From a virus (lineage: Duplodnaviria; Caudoviricetes), in the IMG/VR virus record IMGVR_UViG_3300046678_000420, positions 1 to 64,000 of that record: a stretch of 64,000 nucleotides of DNA. One strand, 5' to 3'. This document shows positions 56,322-64,000 of this stretch, in pieces; the first letter of the stretch is position 1, and the number at the start of each line of letters is the position of its first letter. The notes under the pieces are model-generated. The model saw nothing but the letters and a program-made list of their open reading frames with translations, was not told where the DNA came from and ran no database searches. Position numbers and translations under genes: made by a program.

Positions 56322-59246
56322 GTGGCGGCTGGTGAGAAGATTCTCCGCGTCATCATCGCGGGTGACGCGCTCGGCGCGGTCGGCGCGCTTGAGTCGCTGT
56401 CTCACGGGCTTGAGCGAGCACATAGCGAGGCGGACACTCACGGCGGCGGGATCATGTCGTCTATGGGCGGTGCCGCTAAGGGCATCGGCCTTTTCGCTGT
56501 AGGCGCGGCGGCGTCGCTCGGGGCGGTAGCGGCCGAGATCTACCATCTCGGCTCGGGCTACGAGCAGAACCTAAACGCGATTCAGGCCTTCACTCATTCG
56601 ACTAACGATCAGATGAAGTCGCTTGAGTCTCAGCTCTACTCGCTGTCGCCAAAGTTCGCGCAGATGGGCCAGACCGTTAGTGACGGCTCGCAGGCCCTTT
56701 ACGAGCTGACTAAGGCGGGCGCGTCGTCTAAGGACGGCATGGCGGAACTCGTGCCGACTATGGCTCTGGCTAAGGCGACGAACACGGATTACTCCGAGTC
56801 CGCTAAGGAGATGACGCGGGTCCTTGACTCGTTCGGCCTTAAGGCGTCGGACGCATCGACGGTTGCGGACGTCCTGACGAATGCCACTCACACGAGCACG
56901 CAGACGCTTCAGGACATGGCCGATGGCCTGAAGTACACATCCGTCGCGGCGCATGACTTCGGCATTGACCTTCAGACGACGGCCGCCGTTACTGCCATGT
57001 ACGCGAATGCGGGTATTCAGGGCACGCAGGCCGGTACGGCATTCCGTCAGATGCTTCTGAACCTGTCGGCTCCGACGAAGCAGGCCAAGGACGCAATCAA
57101 GGCCATTGGCCTTCAGGCGTTCGATGCTCAGGGCCACATGAAGCCGCTGTCAGACATCTTCCAGCAGTTGCAAGATAAGTTCGGCAAGGGCCTGGACACC
57201 CATAGCCTTGAGAAGATCGCACCGGACCTTAAGGCGATATTCGGGGCCCGTGGCGTTGAGCCCATCATGGCCGCCATCAAGCAGGGCGGCGGAGGCCTTG
57301 ACCAGTACATCAAGCTGATGAACCGGACGGGCGAGGCGAGCGCGATTGCGCAGGCCAAGAGCAAGGGCCTCTCGGGTACGTTCAACATGCTCAGTGCCAC
57401 CATGGAGTCCGCCGCACAGCACTTCTATATGCAGGTTGGCCCGAAGCTGGCAAACTTCCTGGACCCGTTTGTGGAGGCCCTTCCGGGCTACCTGTCGAAG
57501 GCGGCGAAGTACGGGCAAGAGATCTGGACTGCGCTTTCCGATCCGGGTAAGGCCGCGAAGGGTCCGGATGGCGGAAGCGGTTTCACGAAGGGCCTTGTTG
57601 AGGTCGGCAAGGTCGTGCACGGCGAGGTGCTTCCGGCCCTCGGCGAGATAGGCCGCTTCGTGAAGTCGGACGTTATCCCGGTGGTTGTTCAGTTCGGGAA
57701 GATGTTCGCCACTCAGGTAGTTCCGTTTGTGGCTCGCGTGGCATCCGACATAGGCCGGATGCTGATTCCGATCCTGCGGGATGTCGGCCGATTCGTAAAG
57801 ACTGAAATTGTCCCTGCGCTGAAGCAGTGGGGCGAGTTCGTTTCTACGGTCGTGATTCCGAAGATGGAACTTATCTGGACGAAGGTCCGCCCGATTCTGC
57901 AAATGCTGGCCGACTACATCCAAAAGAAGGTCGTCCCACTTCTTTATTGGGCGTTCGAGCAGATGAAGCCGCTCATGAAGGATTTCGAGGCGCTGATCTC
58001 GCAGGTCCTTGACGCGCTGGCCTCGCTCTACGGATTCCTGGCGCCGGTGATCAAGTGGCTGATTGACACTTTCGGCGGCCCGCTGATCGACGTGGTTAAG
58101 GGATTCCTTCTCGGCGTGTTCCAGATGGTTAAGGGCGTGATCGAGGTAGCGCTCGGACTTCTCGATTTCCTGAAGGGGATTTTCACCGGCGACTGGGGGA
58201 AGATCTGGCACGGACTGGCCGAGATCGTCTCTGGAGTCTTCAACTTCATTGTTGGACTTCTCCGGGCGGTAATCTTCGGCAAGATTGTGAAGATATTCGT
58301 CGAGGGCGGAAAGCTTTTGATGGATGCCATCGAAGCGCCTTTCGAGTGGATTGCCGCACGGGTCGAATCTTTCGGCTCGGATATAGCCTACGGTTTTACG
58401 CGGCTGAAGCAGGTTGCCGGAGCGATTTGGAAGACGCTTTGGGATGACGCGACTTCGCTTCTTTCTAACGCCATGAAGTCTATGAGCGACAATGTCGTGC
58501 GGATCGGTGCGGATATCCTGAAGTGGTTCCAGGATTTGCCGGGCGAACTGGGTCGGCTTCTCGCGAACGCCGGACAGTGGCTTATCGACACCGGTACGAA
58601 GCTGCTTACCGGCCTGAAGAATGGCCTCCTCTCCGGCGTGAAGGCGGTCTATTCGTGGTTCACCTCGGATCTGCCAACCGGGGTGAAGGGCGTCCTTTCG
58701 GACGTTGGTTCGTGGCTCGAAGACTCCGGCCTTCACATGATGGAAGGCTTCATCAAGGGCATAGAGGATATGGCCGGGAAGGTGAAGGATTCGGCCGTGG
58801 GCGTCGTCAAGGGCGCCTATAACGGGGTGAAGTCCTTCCTAGGCATCAACAGCCCTTCGCGCCTGTATACGGAGGTCGGCGGGCACACGGGTCAGGGCTA
58901 CGTCAACGGAATCGCGGCCAAGACACAGGCAGTCCATGACGCAGTGGTGGGCATGGTGACTGTGCCGGCCAACCGCTTTACAGCGGCCTTCCGTCAGCAG
59001 CAGCAGACCGCGACCACGGCGGCGGCAACGGCCGCCAGGAACGCCGGTCAACTGTGGGCCTCTACCGGAGTCGGCGGCCCGGCTCAGCCGGCCGGAGGCT
59101 TTACAGTGCCCGTCACTATCAACGTGGCCGGGAGCATCCAGGCTGAGCGGGATTTCGCTCGCACCATGTCTCAGTCGATCCGAGACGAGATCCGCCAGAT
59201 AGCCCGCCGTAACGGCGGCAAGACAGGCCTTACGGGGGCCTTCTAA
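56322..59246 (+). CDS. Tape measure protein (B)
   Basis: Same 974-aa length as A. Confidence 0.93.
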   Translation: MAAGEKILRVIIAGDALGAVGALESLSHGLERAHSEADTHGGGIMSSMGGAAKGIGLFAVGAAASLGAVAAEIYHLGSGYEQNLNAIQAFTHSTNDQMKSLESQLYSLSPKFAQMGQTVSDGSQALYELTKAGASSKDGMAELVPTMALAKATNTDYSESAKEMTRVLDSFGLKASDASTVADVLTNATHTSTQTLQDMADGLKYTSVAAHDFGIDLQTTAAVTAMYANAGIQGTQAGTAFRQMLLNLSAPTKQAKDAIKAIGLQAFDAQGHMKPLSDIFQQLQDKFGKGLDTHSLEKIAPDLKAIFGARGVEPIMAAIKQGGGGLDQYIKLMNRTGEASAIAQAKSKGLSGTFNMLSATMESAAQHFYMQVGPKLANFLDPFVEALPGYLSKAAKYGQEIWTALSDPGKAAKGPDGGSGFTKGLVEVGKVVHGEVLPALGEIGRFVKSDVIPVVVQFGKMFATQVVPFVARVASDIGRMLIPILRDVGRFVKTEIVPALKQWGEFVSTVVIPKMELIWTKVRPILQMLADYIQKKVVPLLYWAFEQMKPLMKDFEALISQVLDALASLYGFLAPVIKWLIDTFGGPLIDVVKGFLLGVFQMVKGVIEVALGLLDFLKGIFTGDWGKIWHGLAEIVSGVFNFIVGLLRAVIFGKIVKIFVEGGKLLMDAIEAPFEWIAARVESFGSDIAYGFTRLKQVAGAIWKTLWDDATSLLSNAMKSMSDNVVRIGADILKWFQDLPGELGRLLANAGQWLIDTGTKLLTGLKNGLLSGVKAVYSWFTSDLPTGVKGVLSDVGSWLEDSGLHMMEGFIKGIEDMAGKVKDSAVGVVKGAYNGVKSFLGINSPSRLYTEVGGHTGQGYVNGIAAKTQAVHDAVVGMVTVPANRFTAAFRQQQQTATTAAATAARNAGQLWASTGVGGPAQPAGGFTVPVTINVAGSIQAERDFARTMSQSIRDEIRQIARRNGGKTGLTGAF

Positions 59247-59294
59247 TAACGGGGGGAGGTCGGGGCTCCGCGCTATGCGCGGGGCCCCTTCTGT

Positions 59295-62200
59295 ATGTCT
59301 ACAACTCTTGGTGTTCACATCGGCTGGGATGCGAACCTTCCGGACCAGTACGTCAAGTACAGCGACGTGTCCGGCTACGTGACGCAGGTGGATACGCAGC
59401 GGGGCCGCTCGACGGAGCTGGACGACATCCAGACCGGTACCGCAACCGTCGCGCTCGACAACTCGGACGGCCGGTTCACTCCGGGCCGCGCCTACGGCAA
59501 GGAACTGCTTCCCGACAACATTCGGACCTCGACCGGTTGGACCAGCCACAGCACGGGGTTCACGGGGGGAACGAATACGACCCTGAGTTCTGCATCCGCG
59601 CACACGCTGTCGTGGACAGCCAGCCTCAAGGCCGTTGTGTCCGCAGGGGTGGCGGGAAACCGCATCGTCCGGACTTCGACTGTCCCAGTGACTCCAGGAC
59701 TCCAGTACCGGGCCTCGGCAATGTCGATGGCGCTCACGGGGACGCTTCAGGCTCAGATGGCAATCCGGTTCTACGACTCTTCCGGGAACGACCTCGGCAA
59801 CGGCACCGACTACGACACGACATGGAAGCAGTACGCGGACGTCGTCCGCGCATCGATGCCGGTGGCCTACCACCGGATGAACGACGCCGGAGGCAACTCC
59901 TGTGCCCCGACTGCGGGGCGGGACCCGATGGTCACGTACAACGTGACGGCTGGCGCCGCTGGCTCCTCGTGGGCCGCTGGCGGCACCGCTTCGGCAGGCG
60001 CGTTCAATGGCACGTCTTCCGTTGCGGAGCCTTGCGGTATCCCCCTGGCGACTGTCGTGAACAACGCCGCGTCGGCCGGGGTATCTTCGGTCGAGTTGTG
60101 GTTCAACACCACCACCCCGGGCGGTCTTCTGGCCGATGCCCCTTCGGCGCTGATGGCTAGCGGTGGCTACAACCCTCCCGTGCAGTACACCATCAGCAGC
60201 GCGGGCACTCCGGTGACCGGCGGCGCGCTGTTCCCTGTGGCCTACATCGGCACGGACGGCTACCTGTACTGCCAGCAAAACGGGTACATGGCGAGCCCGC
60301 CAAAGAGCACATTCCCGGTTAACGACGGCCTTTGGCATCACCTGGTGATTGCTGGCAGTGCTTGTTACCTCGACGGGGTTCAGTTCGGCACGGGGACCGT
60401 GAGCCTTTCGCGCCCAGTCCTCGGCTATGTGGACTTCTCCGCCTCTGCGCCGTCGGGTGCGTGGGTCGCTAAGCCGACTACGGGCTGGTTCAAGGGCAGC
60501 ATGGCCGATGTGGCGCTGTACCGCCACGCGCTGACGCCTCAGACAGTCGCAGACCACTACCGGCATGGCGTGGCAGGGCTCCGTCCCGTGCAGTCCACGG
60601 GCAGCGCGTACCCACTCCCGTGGGGGCTCCTCACCAGTGGGGTCACCGCGCCGGCGAATGCCTTTACAGCGGCCGTTGAAGTCGTCACCGGCAACGCGGG
60701 GACGTTCTACTTCGACTCGTTCTCTCTGCGCACGGTCTCACCGTTCTACGGCCGTATCCGGCCGCGTCGGCGGGTCCGGATCTTCGCCACGACCGGACAG
60801 AACTTGATGCCTCCGGGTATGAACCTCGGCTATCAGACGTACAGCGGCATCCCCGCTGGAGTGGATGACAACGAAACCGGGACGTGGATTCTCGCGAGCG
60901 GGACGAACCTTTCGTTTGACCCGTCGAGCGGCGTGACAACGTATGCCGCTAACTCGTCGTCGGTTTCAGGGCTCTCGCTCTATGGGCCATCAGGCAACGG
61001 GATTTCGGTCCCGTGGATGTTGCTGCCCGGGAACACGTACACCTTCCAATGCCAGGTTGCATGCTGGCGGTTCGCTGCGAACAGCACAGGCGTAACCATC
61101 GGCATCAACACGACCGTGAACTCTCAGCCGGGTTCTTCGACGTACTTCAACGGCTCGGTACCGACTCAGCACATCACCGTGGGCGACGTGTCTTGGAAGA
61201 CGGTTTCGTGGACGTTCACGATCCCCACGACCTACACGCAGCCCGAATTTCTGCTCACGGTCTTCACCAGCGAAACCGTGTCCTCGGGCACGACGTTTGG
61301 ATGGCAAACCGCCCTCAGGAACCTTCAGCTCGTCGATGTGACCAACGGCCAGACCATCCCGGCCTATCAGGCCGGTGACGCCACCATGCCCGTGTTCGTG
61401 GGCGTGGCGGACAAGTGGGAGAGCACCACGGAGTACGACCAGGTTGCGCAGATGCAACTGTCGTGCTCGGACATGATGCGGGCTCTCGGCGAGTCTCAGA
61501 TGTCAAGCGCGCCTCAGTCGCTGGGCTTCCGACCTGACTGGAACTGCATAGGCTCCTGGGACCTCAGCCAGCAACTCGACCTAAACGGCGACTGTGCGAA
61601 TGTCGCCCCCAATCAGCTATTGGGTACGGCTCAGGTCTACTCGGCTAACACCGCGTCCGTGAGCAACATGTTCATTAGCGAGGCTCCGAACGTCAGCCTT
61701 CCGGGGCGCTATCTTCCCCAGGGGAACGGCGGCATCAACTTCCAAACGGCGCTATGCCAGTACTTGCTTTCATTCGGGAAGCTTCCGGCTAAGGGCTCGG
61801 TCGAGTTCTGGTTCCGGCCGTTCAACAACGCGGGGACTAACGACGTCTGGAACGGCGGCGACAACCTGATCTGTGGGTCAGGGCCTTTCTTGAGCATGTA
61901 TATCGGGTCCGGCGGGGTTGGCCAGGTGTCGTGTGGGTGGAACGGCCGTAAGGCCACTTCGACTAACGTCGCGCCGGGTTCCCCGGCGAACCTGATGACC
62001 CGTGGTGGCCACGTGGCTATGGAGGTCATCACCTCGGGCGGTGCGTCGCCCACGGCTTCGGTGCAGGTCTTCTACAACGGGATATCTGTCGTCTCGTCTA
62101 GCGGCGAGTCGTTCGGCCCGGTCGCCGAGCAGTACAACGGCCACTCTTCGGCGTTCTCGATCGGCGGTGACCGAAATTTCACCGACCCGATTTCGGGGGT

Positions 62201-63056
62201 TTCGCTGGCTCAGTTCTGTGGCGAGGTCTATTCACCGGCCATGTACGGCAACACCGGTATGGACTGGGCTACCAGGGTCAACCTGTTCTCTGTCTCGGTT
62301 GGCTTTGCCGTCAACACTCCGGTGAACAACGGCAGCGTCATCAGCGCGACGCAAACCCAACTGCCTTGGATTGTGGCCGCTTCGGGCATGACGTTTCCGC
62401 TCACGGTCGGGTCTGCATCCTCGCCCGCCGATGTGCCGATCTTCAGCAGCGGGACCGGTCTTGACGCGTTCAAGACGCAGGCCGCTCAGACCATGGGCAT
62501 GGTCGTGTTCAATCGGTACGGCGCCTTGTCGATCCAAGACAGTTCGTTCCGGCAGTCCGGGAACGACGTGTATTCGTTCGACTGCACGGGGGCTACCGGG
62601 CCGGATAGCGCAATGCTGTACGTGAATGACATCGACCGGACATGGACTTCCGTTCAGCTTAACGGAGATGACGGATCGACCACGTGGAACAGCTTTGCCG
62701 GGTGGTCTCAGTACGGGTGGCATCAGCAGGCGCAGACCGTTCAGAACTACACAGCCGCGACCGGCGGCTATGCGTGGGGCTTCCTGGCGAACTATCTGCA
62801 ACCGACTGCACGAATCGACTCGGCGACGTTCACCGTGGCCAACAACGCTCTGGCTGCCACGGCGCTGTTGGTGGATATCGGTTCGCACGTTCAGTTCCTC
62901 GACCTCCCCGACAACGCCCCGGGAGACGGCCCCTATGGGGCCTACATGTGTTGGGTGGAATCGGTGAAGGTCACGGCGCAAGCCCAGGGCGGCGTGATCG
63001 TGCCAACGGTTCAGATCACGCTTTCCCCGGACTTCACCTATGTACCGATCATGTAA
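59295..63056 (+). CDS. Large tail tip/receptor-binding protein (B)
   Basis: Homologue of 14086-17826. Confidence 0.8.
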   Translation: MSTTLGVHIGWDANLPDQYVKYSDVSGYVTQVDTQRGRSTELDDIQTGTATVALDNSDGRFTPGRAYGKELLPDNIRTSTGWTSHSTGFTGGTNTTLSSASAHTLSWTASLKAVVSAGVAGNRIVRTSTVPVTPGLQYRASAMSMALTGTLQAQMAIRFYDSSGNDLGNGTDYDTTWKQYADVVRASMPVAYHRMNDAGGNSCAPTAGRDPMVTYNVTAGAAGSSWAAGGTASAGAFNGTSSVAEPCGIPLATVVNNAASAGVSSVELWFNTTTPGGLLADAPSALMASGGYNPPVQYTISSAGTPVTGGALFPVAYIGTDGYLYCQQNGYMASPPKSTFPVNDGLWHHLVIAGSACYLDGVQFGTGTVSLSRPVLGYVDFSASAPSGAWVAKPTTGWFKGSMADVALYRHALTPQTVADHYRHGVAGLRPVQSTGSAYPLPWGLLTSGVTAPANAFTAAVEVVTGNAGTFYFDSFSLRTVSPFYGRIRPRRRVRIFATTGQNLMPPGMNLGYQTYSGIPAGVDDNETGTWILASGTNLSFDPSSGVTTYAANSSSVSGLSLYGPSGNGISVPWMLLPGNTYTFQCQVACWRFAANSTGVTIGINTTVNSQPGSSTYFNGSVPTQHITVGDVSWKTVSWTFTIPTTYTQPEFLLTVFTSETVSSGTTFGWQTALRNLQLVDVTNGQTIPAYQAGDATMPVFVGVADKWESTTEYDQVAQMQLSCSDMMRALGESQMSSAPQSLGFRPDWNCIGSWDLSQQLDLNGDCANVAPNQLLGTAQVYSANTASVSNMFISEAPNVSLPGRYLPQGNGGINFQTALCQYLLSFGKLPAKGSVEFWFRPFNNAGTNDVWNGGDNLICGSGPFLSMYIGSGGVGQVSCGWNGRKATSTNVAPGSPANLMTRGGHVAMEVITSGGASPTASVQVFYNGISVVSSSGESFGPVAEQYNGHSSAFSIGGDRNFTDPISGVSLAQFCGEVYSPAMYGNTGMDWATRVNLFSVSVGFAVNTPVNNGSVISATQTQLPWIVAASGMTFPLTVGSASSPADVPIFSSGTGLDAFKTQAAQTMGMVVFNRYGALSIQDSSFRQSGNDVYSFDCTGATGPDSAMLYVNDIDRTWTSVQLNGDDGSTTWNSFAGWSQYGWHQQAQTVQNYTAATGGYAWGFLANYLQPTARIDSATFTVANNALAATALLVDIGSHVQFLDLPDNAPGDGPYGAYMCWVESVKVTAQAQGGVIVPTVQITLSPDFTYVPIM

Positions 63057-63067
63057 GGGGGGGGGTC

Positions 63068-63379
63068 TTGTCTTACGAGACCGTGATTTCAACGGTGGCA
63101 GTCATCGCGGGTGGCCTGGGCATCAGCTCGGGCGCCCGCGCCCGTGTGAAGGCCGCTGCGCACGTTTCCACCATCGAGGTGTGGCGGGAAGAGGCGGAGG
63201 CCCAGAAGGCCCGTGGTGACCGTCTAGAGGCGGGCATGGCGAGTATGCGCGAGGAGTTCAAGCGCGTTTCTGACGAACTGACCCTAGTCAAGGGCGAACT
63301 TGTCCGCCTCACAAAGATGCTTCGGGCTGTAGCTCCGGAGCTGGTTTCAAACAAGGGGGAGTTTGATGACGACGACTGA
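63068..63379 (+). CDS. Membrane-anchored coiled-coil protein (B)
   Basis: Homologue of 17836-18099 with longer coil. Confidence 0.6.
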   Translation: MSYETVISTVAVIAGGLGISSGARARVKAAAHVSTIEVWREEAEAQKARGDRLEAGMASMREEFKRVSDELTLVKGELVRLTKMLRAVAPELVSNKGEFDDDD

Positions 63380-64000
63380 GACTGTTCTCAACGTGGCGCG
63401 GGGCCAGGTCGGGACCACTGAGAATTCAGCCGGCGACACGCTTTACAGCGACTGGTACGGGCTGCCGTCCGAGTCGTGGTGCGACATGTTCGTGTCCTGG
63501 GTCGGTAGCACTGCCGGTGCTACGGACATCATCGGCAAGTTCGCGTACTGCCCGGCTCACGTGAACTGGTTCAAGGGCCGGGGCCAGTGGGGCTCTGAGC
63601 CCCGAGTCGGGGCCGTGGTGTTCTTCGACTGGAATGGGGACGGGGAGGCCGATCACGTCGGCCTGGTCGAGAAGGTCAACCCGAACGGCTCCATCGGCAC
63701 GATCGAGGGCAACTCCACGAACCCCAGCGGGGGCCGCTTCGGCGTGTTCCGGCACACGGAAAGCGCGCCGTACATCCTGGGCTACGGCTACCCGGCATAT
63801 GACGCTCTGGGCAACGTGACCGCTGGCGGGGCGAAGACCTACACGGTTCGGAAGGGTGACACTCTCTGGGGTATCGCGGCCGTCCTGGGCGTGTCCCTGT
63901 CGGCTCTGCTCGCAGCGAACCCGGGCGAGGCGAAGCACCCGAGCGCGATTCAGCCGGGAGACGTTCTCAAGGTTCCTGCGGCCACGGCCCCGGCAACCGC
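63366..64000 (+). CDS. Endolysin CHAP-LysM (B), truncated by window end
   Basis: Homologue of 18566-19549. Confidence 0.9.
   Translation, partial: MTTTETVLNVARGQVGTTENSAGDTLYSDWYGLPSESWCDMFVSWVGSTAGATDIIGKFAYCPAHVNWFKGRGQWGSEPRVGAVVFFDWNGDGEADHVGLVEKVNPNGSIGTIEGNSTNPSGGRFGVFRHTESAPYILGYGYPAYDALGNVTAGGAKTYTVRKGDTLWGIAAVLGVSLSALLAANPGEAKHPSAIQPGDVLKVPAATAPAT

Larger units (their letters stand above)
22870..64000 (+). mobile_element. Prophage B (repressor, replication, accessory, packaging, head, tail, lysis); right end outside the window
   Basis: Repressor-replication-HNH-terS-late gene order; 44868-64000 is a diverged copy of 1-19200; left boundary inferred. Confidence 0.85.

Noticed and set aside
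517-63449. The 30-bp palindrome as simple intrinsic terminators
   Set aside because: No T-tracts, many sites are mid-gene, and several cannot form extended stems; true terminators exist separately.
45-63938. Many long antisense or overlapping ORFs in the track (e.g. 3965-5419, 13084-15033, 18539-20020, 28314-30074, 57150-58736)
   Set aside because: Shadow frames of real high-GC genes; Arg/Ala/Pro-rich, no motifs and often not conserved between copies.
1-64000. CRISPR array, tRNA, rRNA, retron or diversity-generating retroelement
   Set aside because: No regularly spaced repeat-spacer units, no cloverleaf or rRNA-like sequence noticed, no reverse transcriptase motif; the Cas4-like nuclease sits in a phage replication module.
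44868-64000. Exact assembly duplication of 1-19200
   Set aside because: Abundant synonymous differences, indels and copy-specific genes; a chimeric join still needs long reads to exclude.

Overview
High-GC actinobacterial DNA, most likely Streptomyces or a close relative, containing two related but non-identical temperate siphovirus prophages in tandem direct orientation (period about 44,867 bp). Positions 1 to about 22.4 kb are the right part of prophage A: HNH tail end, terS, His-rich ORF, HTH ORF, terL, HK97-type head, tail, lysis genes and a large serine recombinase. One host-like gene follows (22495-22869). Prophage B then starts at about 22.9 kb with an L5 gp71-like repressor, a cluster-A-like replication module, an accessory region (XRE/DUF5753 triad, two Lsr2 genes, a low-GC membrane pair, a SprT-like protease, small peptides), HNH and a second late module that runs off the window in the endolysin. 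The most striking unexplained feature is a roughly 30-bp quasi-palindrome, CCGGC-N5-GCT(T/G)TA(C/A)AGC-N5-GCCGG, whose core occurs about 40 times, inside and between genes. A separate 16-bp operator-like motif (TAACTC-NN-TTGACGCA) sits on promoters. Product names come from motif recognition by eye, not database searches; some starts were adjusted from the ORF track.
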